IMG/VR virus record: IMGVR_UViG_2703718842_000002
Coordinates: 1-11,860 of that record
Length of the DNA stretch: 11,860 nucleotides
From: a virus
Lineage: Duplodnaviria; Heunggongvirae; Uroviricota; Caudoviricetes
Strand: one strand, 5' to 3'
The notes under the pieces were generated by a model. The model was not told the DNA's origin, ran no database searches, and was given only the letters and a program-made list of their open reading frames with translations. This document shows, in pieces, positions 1 through 8,083 of the stretch (position 1 is its first letter; each line of letters opens with the position of its first letter). The translations under genes were made by a program, and so were the position numbers.

Positions 1-237
1 CGTGTTGAGGCCAACGCCCATAATGCGGGCTGTTGCCCGGCATCCAACGCCATTCATGGCCATATCAATGATTTTCTGGTGCGTACCGGGTTGAGAAGCG
101 GTGTAAGTGAACTGCAGTTGCCATGTTTTACGGCAGTGAGAGCAGAGATAGCGCTGATGTCCGGCGGTGCTTTTGCCGTTACGCACCACCCCGTCAGTAG
201 CTGAACAGGAGGGACAGCTGATAGAAACAGAAGCCAC
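1..237 (-). CDS. insA: IS1 InsA (transposition regulator / N-terminal part of the InsAB' transposase), 3'-partial in window
   Basis: Minus-strand frame beginning at the GTG whose reverse complement is 235-237 translates [79 protein letters not shown] with no stop before the window edge. This frame is missing from the supplied ORF track because it has no in-window stop. It contains the zinc-finger-like CxxC...CxxC pair of InsA. Confidence 0.85.
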   Translation of the reverse strand, partial: MASVSISCPSCSATDGVVRNGKSTAGHQRYLCSHCRKTWQLQFTYTASQPGTHQKIIDMAMNGVGCRATARIMGVGLNT

Positions 238-269
238 TGGAGCACCTCAAAAACACCATCATACACTAA

Positions 270-292
270 ATCAGTAAGTTGGCAGCATCACC
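270..292 (-). repeat. IS1 terminal inverted repeat (insA-proximal end)
   Basis: Window 270-292 atcagtaagttggcagcatcacc is the reverse complement of the ~23-bp IS1 terminal repeat GGTGATGCTGCCAACTTACTGAT. Confidence 0.8.
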
Positions 293-1484
293 GGATGCCT
301 GGCGAAATAACCAGGCAAATAAACCCAAAGCGCATAAAAAGACCGAAGCGGAAAAAACAGAAGATATTTATAAACGGCTGATTAAACAGCAAAAAGAACA
401 AATAGCACTGGCAGGGCAGAATACTGAACTGGCTAAGATGAAATATCAGGTCAGTCAGGGCGAATTATCAACCCTGTCAGAAGCGCAGAAAAAAACGCTT
501 TTGCAGAATGCAGCACTCATCGACCAGAAAAAGATTCGTGAGCAGCTTGCTGCGTATGAAAGCAGCCTGGCGGACAGTAATGCCAGTACCCGGGCGTCTA
601 ACGACGCGCAGTTACTGGGATATGGTGAAGGCTCACGGATGCGTGAACGACTCCAGGAAATGTGGAGTATCCGGCATGAGTTTGAGCAGAAAAATAACGA
701 GCTGCTGAGACAGTATCAGGCCGGAGAAATTGAAGAAGCCCTGTGGAAACAGGAGAAAGAACTGAATAAAAAATATCTGGAAGAGCGTCTCAGCGATCAG
801 CAGGATTATTATGCAAAGGCCGATGCTTTACGTAATAACTGGAATGCAGGACTCCAGGAGGGGCTGACCAACTGGGCAGACAGTGCCACCGATTATGCTT
901 CGCAGGCGGCAGATGCTGTCGTTTCCACTATGGACGGACTGGTATCAAATATTTCCGATGCACTGGCCGGAAATGTTGTGGACTGGAGAAACTGGGGGAG
1001 TTCAATTCTCCAGGAAGTTTCAAAAATTCTGATGAATGCGGCCATTGTTAACGGACTGAAGTCACTCTCCGGTGCCGGAGGGTGGCTTGGTACGGTCGGC
1101 GGATGGATTTCGGGGGCGGTGGCAAACGCAAAAGGTGGTGTTTACACATCAGCAAATCTGAGTGCTTACAGTAACACTATTGTGGATACACCGACGTATT
1201 TTGCTTTTGCGAAAGGTGCCGGGTTGATGGGCGAGGCCGGGCCTGAAGCAATCATGCCACTGACACGGGCAGCGGACGGCTCTCTTGGGGTCAGGGCCAT
1301 TGGAAATGTGAATGGTGGCGGTGGATTTGTTTATTCTCCCGTGTATCACATCAGCATTCAGAATCAAGGGAGCAATGGCGAGATAGATGCGCGCTCAGCC
1401 AGGGGACTGGTGGATCTGATCGACAGCAGGGTTGTGTCAATTATGCAGTCATCGCGTCGGGATGGAGGATTGTACAGTGCCTGA
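293..1484 (+). pseudogene. H: Tail tape-measure protein (lambda H-like), C-terminal ~397 codons, 5'-truncated by the IS1 insertion
   Basis: Track ORF 279-1484; its first 14 nt lie inside the IS1 inverted repeat and it uses a TTG directly after an in-frame TAA at 267-269, so the true N-terminus is absent. The translation has a tape-measure C-terminus (...TPTYFAFAKGAGLMGEAGPEAIMPLTRAADGSLGVRAIG...) and sits immediately upstream of M-L-K-I-J. Stop TGA at 1482-1484. Confidence 0.8.
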
Positions 1485-1818
1485 GCCTGAAGTTTTTAAC
1501 TGGATCCCCCGTGAGGGGATGGAGACGACACGAAAGCCATCAGTTATTACGGTAAAGTTTGGTGACGGATATGAACAGCGACGGGCTGGTGGCCTGAATG
1601 CGGATCTGAAAACGTTTAAACCGGTATTTCGTGTCACAGATGAATATTCCCGTGCCGCGCTGGACAGTTTTTTATCCCGTCATGCCGGGATTCGTGCTTT
1701 TTTGTGGCGTCCGCCAAAACACAACAGGACTGTCCGGGTTGTCTGCAGGGAGTGGAGCATTTCGGATAATGCCATGTATACCGATTTTAACTGTACCTTT
1801 GAAGAGGTCACTCACTGA
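1477..1818 (+). CDS. M: Minor tail protein M (lambda gpM-like)
   Basis: Translation ...EVFNWIPREGMETTRKPSVITVKFGDGYEQRRAGGLNADLKTF...AFLWRPP... aligns with lambda gpM (MKTFRWKVKPGMD...VRFGDGYSQRAPAGLNANLKTY...). Start chosen at GTG 1477, preceded by GGAGGA at 1464-1469 with 7-nt spacing. ATG 1462 and the track's TTG 1432 are in-frame alternatives. Overlaps the H stop and ends in an ATGA overlap with L. Confidence 0.85.
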   Translation: MPEPEVFNWIPREGMETTRKPSVITVKFGDGYEQRRAGGLNADLKTFKPVFRVTDEYSRAALDSFLSRHAGIRAFLWRPPKHNRTVRVVCREWSISDNAMYTDFNCTFEEVTH

Positions 1819-2516
1819 TGCAGGATATACAGCAGGAAACACTCAATGAGTGCACTAAAACGGAGCAATCCGCGCTGGTCGTGCTCTGGGAAATTGATCT
1901 GACAGAGGTCGGCGGAGAACGTTATTTTTTCTGTAATGAGCAGAACGAAAAAGGTGAGTCGGTCACCTGGCAGGGGCGACAGTATCAGGCGTACCCTATT
2001 CAGGGAAGCGGATTTGAGATGAACGGCAAAGGAGCCAGTGCAAGACCAACGCTGAAAGTCTCTAACCTGCACGGCATGGTCACCGGCATAGCGGAAGACC
2101 TGCAGAGTCTGGTCGGCGGAACGGTGGTCAGGCGTAAGGTTTACGCCCGTTTTCTGGATGCGGTGAACTTCGTCAACGGAAACAGTGACGCCGATCCGGA
2201 GCAGGAGGTAATCAGCCGCTGGCGCATTGAGCAGTGCAGCGAACTGAGCGCGGTCAGTGCCTCCTTTGTACTGTCCACGCCGACGGAAACGGACGGCGCT
2301 GTTTTTCCGGGCCGCATCATGCTGGCTAATACCTGCACCTGGACCTATCGCGGTGATGAGTGCGGTTATCACGGTCCGGCGGTCGCGGATGAATATGATC
2401 AGCCGACGTCCGATATCACGAAGGATAAATGCAGCAAATGCCTGAGTGGCTGTAAGTTTCGCAATAACGTCGGCAACTTTGGCGGCTTCCTTTCCATTAA
2501 CAAACTTTCGCAGTAA
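1818..2516 (+). CDS. L: Minor tail protein L (lambda gpL-like), tail-tip protein with a C-terminal cysteine cluster
   Basis: 232-aa ORF, the same length as lambda gpL, with a near-identical N-terminus (MQDIQQETLNECTKTEQSALVVLWEIDLTEVGGERYFFCNEQNEKGE...). C-terminal Cys residues (CTWTYRGDECGYHG...DKCSKCLSGCKF) match the known Fe-S-binding cluster of gpL. Its ATG overlaps the TGA of M. Confidence 0.92.
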   Translation: MQDIQQETLNECTKTEQSALVVLWEIDLTEVGGERYFFCNEQNEKGESVTWQGRQYQAYPIQGSGFEMNGKGASARPTLKVSNLHGMVTGIAEDLQSLVGGTVVRRKVYARFLDAVNFVNGNSDADPEQEVISRWRIEQCSELSAVSASFVLSTPTETDGAVFPGRIMLANTCTWTYRGDECGYHGPAVADEYDQPTSDITKDKCSKCLSGCKFRNNVGNFGGFLSINKLSQ

Positions 2517-2521
2517 ATCCC

Positions 2522-3265
2522 ATGACAGAGACAGAATCAGCGATTCTGGCGCACGCCCGGCGATGTGCGCCAGCGGAGTCGTGCGGCTTCGTGGTGAGAA
2601 CGCCGGAAGGGGAAAGATATTTTCCCTGCGTGAATATCTCCGGTGAGCCGGAGGCGTATTTCCGGATGGCTCCGGAGGACTGGCTGCGGGCAGAAATGCA
2701 GGGTGAGATTGTGGCGCTGGTCCACAGTCACCCCGGTGCTCTGCCCTGGCTGAGTGAGGCCGACCGGCGGCTGCAGGTGCAGAGTGATTTGCCGTGGTGG
2801 CTGGTCTGCCGGGGGGCGATTCACAAGTTCCGCTGTGTGCCACATCTTACCGGGCGGCGCTTTGAGCACGGGGTGACGGACTGTTACACGCTGTTCCGGG
2901 ATGCTTACCATCTGGCGGGAATTGAGATGCCTGATTTTCATCGTGAGGATGACTGGTGGCGTCACGGTCAGAATCTCTATCTGGATAATATGGAGGCAAC
3001 GGGGCTGTATCAGGTGCCGTTGTCAGCGGCGCAGCCGGGCGATGTGCTGCTGTGCTGTTTTGGTTCATCGGTGCCGAATCATGCCGCTATTTACTGCGGC
3101 GACGGCGAGCTGCTGCACCATATTCCTGAACAGCTGAGCAAACGAGAGAGGTATACCGACAAATGGCAGCGACGCACACACTCCCTCTGGCGTCACCGGG
3201 CATGGCACGCATCTGCCTTTACGGGGATTTGCAACGATTTGGCCGCCGCATCGACCTTCGTGTGA
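2522..3265 (+). CDS. K: Tail assembly protein K (lambda gpK-like); MPN/JAMM-type domain plus NlpC/P60-type cysteine peptidase domain
   Basis: 247-aa ORF beginning 6 nt after the L stop. JAMM-like motif E...HSHPGALPWLSEAD (H-x-H-x7-S-x2-D) lies at about 2722-2763. C-terminal half carries an NlpC/P60-like Cys/His pair (GVTDCYTLFRDAYH...NHAAIYCGDG). The true start could be an internal Met (e.g. M49). The 3' end overlaps I by 103 nt in another frame. Confidence 0.85.
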   Translation: MTETESAILAHARRCAPAESCGFVVRTPEGERYFPCVNISGEPEAYFRMAPEDWLRAEMQGEIVALVHSHPGALPWLSEADRRLQVQSDLPWWLVCRGAIHKFRCVPHLTGRRFEHGVTDCYTLFRDAYHLAGIEMPDFHREDDWWRHGQNLYLDNMEATGLYQVPLSAAQPGDVLLCCFGSSVPNHAAIYCGDGELLHHIPEQLSKRERYTDKWQRRTHSLWRHRAWHASAFTGICNDLAAASTFV

Positions 3266-3810
3266 AAACGGGGGCCGAAGCCATCCGGGCGCTGGCCATG
3301 CAGATCCCGGCGTTTCGTCAGAAACTGAATGAGGGCTGGTATCAGGTGCGCATTGCCGGGCGTGATGCAGGCGAAAACGAATTATCAGCCCGTCTTAATG
3401 AGCCGCTGAAAAATGGTGCCGTGATCCACATCGTTCCGCGTCTTGCGGGAGCAAAAAGTGGCGGTGTGTTTCAGGCGGTGCTGGGGGCGGCGCTGATTGC
3501 GGTGGCATGGTGGAACCCTGTGGGCTGGCTGGGTGCCGCGGCTGTATCGGGCATGTATGCGGCAGGGGCCAGTATGATCCTGGGCGGAGTGGCGCAGATG
3601 CTGGCACCGAAAGCCAGGACGCCCACGGCAGCAAGTACAGATAACGGCAAACAGAACACCTATTTCTCGTCACTGGATAACATGGTTGCCCAGGGCAATG
3701 TTCTGCCTGTTCTGTACGGGGAAATGCGCGTGGGGTCACGCGTGGTTTCTCAGGAGATCAGCACGGCAGACGAAGGGGACGGTGGTCAGGTTGTGGTGAT
3801 TGGTCGCTGA
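3163..3810 (+). CDS. I: Tail assembly protein I (lambda gpI-like)
   Basis: Translation MAATHTLPLASPGMARICLYGDLQRFGRRIDLRVKTGAEAIRALA...NGKQNTYFSSLDNMVAQGNVLPVLYGEMRVGSRVVSQEISTADEGDGGQVVVIGR closely matches lambda gpI at both termini. The Gly/Ala-rich hydrophobic middle is also typical. Confidence 0.88.
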   Translation: MAATHTLPLASPGMARICLYGDLQRFGRRIDLRVKTGAEAIRALAMQIPAFRQKLNEGWYQVRIAGRDAGENELSARLNEPLKNGAVIHIVPRLAGAKSGGVFQAVLGAALIAVAWWNPVGWLGAAAVSGMYAAGASMILGGVAQMLAPKARTPTAASTDNGKQNTYFSSLDNMVAQGNVLPVLYGEMRVGSRVVSQEISTADEGDGGQVVVIGR

Positions 3811-3828
3811 TGCAAAATGTTTTATGTG

Positions 3829-3856
3829 AAACCGCCTCCGGGCGGTTTTGTCGTTT
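3829..3856 (+). terminator. Stem-loop with a U-rich tail between I and J (terminator-like hairpin or RNA-stabilising structure)
   Basis: aaaccgcc (3829-3836), loop tccg, ggcggttt (3841-3848), then tgtcgttt. An 8-bp perfect stem. Because J lies downstream in the same operon this is more likely a partial terminator or processing/stability element than a full stop. Confidence 0.35.
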
Positions 3857-3870
3857 ATGGAGCGTGAGGA

Positions 3871-6800
3871 ATGGGTAAAGGCAGCAGTAAGGGGCATACC
3901 CCGCGCGAAGCAAAGGACAACCTGAAGTCCACGCAGTTGCTGAGTGTGATCGATGCCATCAGCGAAGGGCCGGTTGAAGGTCCGGTGGATGGATTAAAAA
4001 GCGTGCTGCTGAACAGTACACCGGTGCTGGACAGTGAGGGGAATACCAATATCTCCGGCGTCACGGTGGTGTTCCGGGCCGGTGAGCAGGAGCAGACACC
4101 GCCGGAGGGATTTGAATCCTCCGGCTCCGAGACGGTGCTGGGTACGGAAGTGAAATACGACACGCCGATCACCCGGACCATCACGTCGGCAAACATTGAC
4201 CGACTGCGCTTTACCTTCGGCGTGCAGGCACTGGTGGAAACCACCTCAAAGGGGGACAGGAATCCGTCGGAAGTCCGCCTGCTGGTTCAGATCCAGCGTA
4301 ATGGCGGCTGGGTGACGGAAAAAGACATCACCATTAAGGGCAAAACCACCTCGCAGTATCTGGCCTCGGTGGTGGTGGGTAACCTGCCGCCGCGCCCGTT
4401 CAATATCCGGATGCGCAGGATGACGCCGGACAGCACCACAGACCAGCTGCAGAACAAAACGCTCTGGTCGTCATACACCGAAATCATCGATGTGAAACAG
4501 GGCTACCCGAACACGGCACTGGTCGGCGTGCAGGTGGATTCGGAGCAGTTCGGCAGCCAGCAGGTGAGCCGTAATTATCATCTGCGCGGGCGCATTCTGC
4601 AGGTGCCGTCGAACTATAACCCGCAGACGCGGCAATACAGCGGTATCTGGGACGGAACGTTTAAACCGGCATACAGCAACAACATGGCCTGGTGTCTGTG
4701 GGATATGCTGACCCATCCGCGCTACGGCATGGGGAAACGTCTTGGTGCGGCGGATGTGGATAAATGGGCGCTGTATGTCATCGGCCAGTACTGCGACCAG
4801 TCAGTGCCGGACGGCTTTGGCGGCACGGAGCCGCGCATCACCTGTAATGCGTACCTGACCACACAGCGCAAGGCGTGGGATGTGCTCAGTGATTTCTGCT
4901 CGGCGATGCGCTGTATGCCGGTATGGAACGGGCAGACGCTGACGTTCGTGCAGGACCGACCATCAGATAAGGTGTGGACCTATAACCGCAGTAATGTGGT
5001 GATGCCGGATGATGGTGCGCCGTTCCGCTACAGCTTCAGCGCCCTGAAGGACCGCCATAATGCCGTTGAGGTGAACTGGATTGACCCGGACAACGGCTGG
5101 GAGACGGCGACAGAGCTTGTTGAAGATACGCAGGCCATTGCCCGTTACGGTCGTAATGTCACGAAGATGGATGCCTTTGGCTGTACCTGCCGGGGGCAGG
5201 CACACCGCGCCGGGCTGTGGCTGATTAAAACGGAGCTGCTGGAGACGCAGACCGTGGATTTCAGCGTGGGTGCCGAAGGGCTTCGCCATGTACCGGGCGA
5301 TGTCATTGAAATCTGTGATGATGACTATGCGGGGATCAGCACCGGCGGGCGCGTGCTGGCGGTGAACAGCCAGACCCGGACGCTGACGCTCGACCGTGAA
5401 ATCACGCTGCCATCCTCCGGCACCACGCTGATAAGCCTGGTTGACGGAAGTGGCAATCCGGTCAGCGTGGAGGTCCAGTCCGTCACCGACGGCGTGAAGG
5501 TGAAAGTGAGCCGGGTTCCTGACGGCGTTGCCGGATACAGCGTGTGGGGGCTGAAGCTGCCGACGCTGCGCCAGCGCCTGTTCCGCTGTGTGAGTATCCG
5601 TGAGAACGACGACGGCACGTATGCCATCACTGCCGTGCAGCATGTACCGGAGAAAGAAGCCATCGTGGATAACGGGGCGCACTTTGACGGTGACCAGAGC
5701 GGCACGGTGAATGGTGTCACGCCGCCAGCAGTGCAGCATCTGACCGCCGAAGTCACCGCAGACAGCGGGGAATATCAGGTGCTGGCGCGATGGGACACGC
5801 CGAAGGTGGTGAAGGGCGTGAGCTTTATGCTTCGCCTGACCGTGGCAGCGGATGACGGCAGTGAGCGGCTGGTCAGCACGGCCAGGACGACGGAAACCAC
5901 TTACCGCTTCACACAACTGGCTCTGGGGAACTACAGGCTGACAGTCCGGGCAGTAAATGCATGGGGACAGCAGGGCGATCCGGCGTCGGTATCGTTCCGG
6001 ATTGCCGCACCGGCAGCGCCGTCGCGGATTGAGCTGACGCCGGGCTATTTTCAGATAACCGCCACGCCGCATCTTGCCGTTTATGATCCGACGGTACAGT
6101 TTGAGTTCTGGTTCTCGGAAACGCGGATTACCGATATCAGGCAGGTTGAAACCACAGCCCGCTACCTTGGTGCGGGGCTGTACTGGATAGCCGCCAGTAT
6201 CAATATCAAACCGGGCCATGATTATTACTTTTATATCCGCAGTGTGAACACCGTTGGCAAATCGGCATTCGTGGAGGCTGTTGGTCAGCCGAGTGATGAC
6301 GCATCCGGCTATCTGGATTTTTTCAAAGGCGAGATAGGGAAAACCCATCTGGCTCAGGAGCTGTGGACGCAGATTGATAACGGTCAGCTTGCGCCTGACC
6401 TGGCTGAAATCAGGACGTCCATTACGGATGTCAGCAATGAAATCACACAGACCGTCAATAAGAAACTGGAAGACCAGAGTGCGGCAATTCAGCAGATACA
6501 GAAGGTTCAGGTTGATACAAATAATAACCTGAACAGCATGTGGGCTGTGAAGCTGCAGCAGATGCAGGACGGACGCCTTTATATCGCGGGTATTGGTGCC
6601 GGTATTGAGAACACCCCTGACGGCATGCAGAGTCAGGTGCTGCTGGCGGCGGACAGGATTGCGATGGTTAATCCTGCGAATGGCAACACAAAACCGATGT
6701 TTGTTGGTCAGGGCGATCAGATATTCATGAACGACGTGTTCCTGAAACGCCTGACGGCTCCCACCATTACCAGCGGTGGAAATCCACCGGCATTTTCCCT

Positions 6801-7353
6801 GACACCGGACGGGCGACTGACGGCGAAAAATGCGGATATCAGTGGCAGTGTGAATGCGAACGCCGGGACGCTCAACAATGTCACGATTAATGAGAACTGT
6901 CAGATTAAGGGGAAACTGTCAGCCAATCAGATTGAAGGCGATATTGTCAAAACGGTCAGCAAGTCTTTCCCCCGCACGAACAGTTATGCCAGTGGCACCA
7001 TCACGGTAAGAATCAGTGATGATCAGAAATTTGACCGGCAGGTCATGATACCGCCAGTGTTATTCCGCGGTGGTAAGCATGAGAATTTCAACAGTAATAA
7101 CCAACAGTCATACTGGTATTCAACCTGCCGGTTAAGAGTGACCCGCAATGGTCAGGAGATTTTTAATCAGTCCACGACGGATGCTCAGGGCGTATTTTCC
7201 TCCGTTATAGATATGCCTGCCGGACAGGGGACGCTGACACTGACATTCACCGTATCTTCATCAGGAGCGAATAACTGGACACCAACAACCAGTATCAGCG
7301 ATCTGCTGGTTGTGGTGATGAAAAAATCCACAGCAGGTATCAGTATCAGCTGA
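3871..7353 (+). CDS. J: Host-specificity / central tail-fibre (tail tip) protein J (lambda gpJ-like)
   Basis: 1160-aa ORF. N-terminal ~800 aa are near-identical to lambda J as I recall it ([34 protein letters not shown]...). GAGGA precedes the ATG. Stop TGA at 7351-7353. An internal patch and the C-terminal ~150 aa are diverged and lower in G+C (see findings). Confidence 0.95.
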   Translation: MGKGSSKGHTPREAKDNLKSTQLLSVIDAISEGPVEGPVDGLKSVLLNSTPVLDSEGNTNISGVTVVFRAGEQEQTPPEGFESSGSETVLGTEVKYDTPITRTITSANIDRLRFTFGVQALVETTSKGDRNPSEVRLLVQIQRNGGWVTEKDITIKGKTTSQYLASVVVGNLPPRPFNIRMRRMTPDSTTDQLQNKTLWSSYTEIIDVKQGYPNTALVGVQVDSEQFGSQQVSRNYHLRGRILQVPSNYNPQTRQYSGIWDGTFKPAYSNNMAWCLWDMLTHPRYGMGKRLGAADVDKWALYVIGQYCDQSVPDGFGGTEPRITCNAYLTTQRKAWDVLSDFCSAMRCMPVWNGQTLTFVQDRPSDKVWTYNRSNVVMPDDGAPFRYSFSALKDRHNAVEVNWIDPDNGWETATELVEDTQAIARYGRNVTKMDAFGCTCRGQAHRAGLWLIKTELLETQTVDFSVGAEGLRHVPGDVIEICDDDYAGISTGGRVLAVNSQTRTLTLDREITLPSSGTTLISLVDGSGNPVSVEVQSVTDGVKVKVSRVPDGVAGYSVWGLKLPTLRQRLFRCVSIRENDDGTYAITAVQHVPEKEAIVDNGAHFDGDQSGTVNGVTPPAVQHLTAEVTADSGEYQVLARWDTPKVVKGVSFMLRLTVAADDGSERLVSTARTTETTYRFTQLALGNYRLTVRAVNAWGQQGDPASVSFRIAAPAAPSRIELTPGYFQITATPHLAVYDPTVQFEFWFSETRITDIRQVETTARYLGAGLYWIAASINIKPGHDYYFYIRSVNTVGKSAFVEAVGQPSDDASGYLDFFKGEIGKTHLAQELWTQIDNGQLAPDLAEIRTSITDVSNEITQTVNKKLEDQSAAIQQIQKVQVDTNNNLNSMWAVKLQQMQDGRLYIAGIGAGIENTPDGMQSQVLLAADRIAMVNPANGNTKPMFVGQGDQIFMNDVFLKRLTAPTITSGGNPPAFSLTPDGRLTAKNADISGSVNANAGTLNNVTINENCQIKGKLSANQIEGDIVKTVSKSFPRTNSYASGTITVRISDDQKFDRQVMIPPVLFRGGKHENFNSNNQQSYWYSTCRLRVTRNGQEIFNQSTTDAQGVFSSVIDMPAGQGTLTLTFTVSSSGANNWTPTTSISDLLVVVMKKSTAGISIS

Positions 7354-7370
7354 ATTTTATAACCCAGAAC

Positions 7371-7397
7371 GGGCGTCAGAAATGACGCCTTTTTTAT
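7371..7397 (+). terminator. Rho-independent terminator-like hairpin downstream of J
   Basis: ggcgtca (7372-7378), loop gaaa, tgacgcc (7383-7389), followed immediately by tttttt (7390-7395). Confidence 0.6.
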
Positions 7398-7419
7398 TGC
7401 AGAAAAGCGAGAGGTAATT

Positions 7420-8019
7420 ATGCGTAAAGTTTGTGCAGCAATTTTGTCCGCAGCCATCTGTCTGGCCGTATCCGGTGCGCCTGCATGGGCGTCTGAACAT
7501 CAGTCCACGCTGAGCGCGGGGTATCTTCATGCCCGGACGAACGTTTCCGGCAGCGATGATCTGAACGGGATTAACGTGAAATACCGTTATGAGTTTACGG
7601 ACACGCTGGGAATGGTGACGTCATTCAGCTATGCAGGAGACAAGAATCGCCAGCTTACCCGTTACAGCGATACCCGCTGGCATGAAGATTCCGCGCGTAA
7701 CCGCTGGTTCAGCGTGATGGCGGGGCCGTCTGTGCGCGTGAATGAATGGTTCAGCGCGTATGCGATGGCGGGTGTGGCTTACAGCCGCGTGTCGACTTTC
7801 TCCGGGGATTATCTCCGCGTAACTGACAACAAGGGGAAAATGCACGATGTGCTGACCGGAAGTGATGACGGTCGCCACAGCAACACGTCTCTGGCGTGGG
7901 GGGCTGGCGTGCAGTTTAACCCGACCGAATCCGTGGCCATTGATATTGCTTATGAAGGCTCCGGCAGTGGCGACTGGCGCACTGACGGTTTCATCGTGGG
8001 GGTCGGTTATAAATTCTGA
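7420..8019 (+). CDS. lom: Lom-family outer-membrane beta-barrel protein (Ail/Lom/PagC/OmpX family), moron gene
   Basis: 199 aa. N-terminal signal peptide [24 protein letters not shown] followed by S. C-terminus ...[29 protein letters not shown] essentially matches lambda Lom. Conserved [14 protein letters not shown] and SAYAMAGVA strands are present. RBS GAGAGG lies 5-6 nt upstream of the ATG. Located between J and stf as in lambda. Confidence 0.9.
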   Translation: MRKVCAAILSAAICLAVSGAPAWASEHQSTLSAGYLHARTNVSGSDDLNGINVKYRYEFTDTLGMVTSFSYAGDKNRQLTRYSDTRWHEDSARNRWFSVMAGPSVRVNEWFSAYAMAGVAYSRVSTFSGDYLRVTDNKGKMHDVLTGSDDGRHSNTSLAWGAGVQFNPTESVAIDIAYEGSGSGDWRTDGFIVGVGYKF

Positions 8020-8045
8020 TTAGCCAGGTAACACAGTGTTATGAC

Positions 8046-8073
8046 AGCCCGCCGGTTAAGGCGGGCTTTTTTG
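8046..8073 (+). terminator. Rho-independent terminator-like hairpin downstream of lom
   Basis: agcccgcc (8046-8053), loop ggttaa, ggcgggct (8060-8067), then ttttt (8068-8072). Confidence 0.6.
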
Positions 8074-8083
8074 TGGGGTGAAT

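Larger units (their letters stand above)
1..292 (-). mobile_element. IS1 insertion sequence, left ~292 bp (element continues beyond the window start)
   Basis: Reverse complement of 1-292 reads GGTGATGCTGCCAACTTACTGATTTAGTGTATGATGG...CCAGTGGCTTCTGTTTCTATCAGC..., which I recognise as the IS1 left end and insA region. The element boundary falls at 292/293, where the sequence switches to the tape-measure reading frame. Confidence 0.9.

Noticed and set aside
54-266. 70-aa minus-strand ORF inside the IS1 fragment
   Set aside because: It is in a different frame from the recognised InsA reading frame (which starts at the GTG whose reverse complement is 235-237 and runs off the window). It is an incidental open frame, not a known IS1 product.
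279-292. Track start of the first + strand ORF at TTG 279
   Set aside because: These first 14 nt lie inside the IS1 inverted repeat, directly after an in-frame stop. The ORF is the truncated tape-measure gene, not an intact gene with a TTG start.
1585-1592. Chi site GCTGGTGG on the + strand inside M
   Set aside because: A single Chi octamer in about 12 kb is roughly the background frequency for enterobacterial DNA, and I found no Chi on the other strand. Not evidence of anything specific.
1812-2843. 343-aa ORF on the minus strand, antisense to L and K
   Set aside because: Same reasoning: antisense to two strongly supported lambda-like genes and a low-complexity Pro/Arg/Ala-rich translation.
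508-3739. Small overlapping ORFs nested in H, L, K, I (e.g. 508-708 +, 2257-2445 +, 2446-2646 +, 2901-3137 +, 3395-3739 -, 2537-2965 -)
   Set aside because: All are embedded in alternative frames of well-supported genes. They lack RBS context and have Arg/Cys-rich or low-complexity translations.
4963-6348. 461-aa ORF on the minus strand, antisense to J
   Set aside because: It lies entirely inside the well-supported J gene. The translation is Arg/Pro/His-rich junk of the kind expected from the antisense strand of a high-G+C gene, with no recognisable motifs and no RBS context.
3811-8083. Possible hidden defence or accessory gene in the intergenic gaps (I-J, J-lom, lom-stf)
   Set aside because: Each gap is only about 60-66 nt and is fully accounted for by a hairpin plus RBS. 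No additional small ORF with a plausible start fits, so the only moron cargo in this window is lom.
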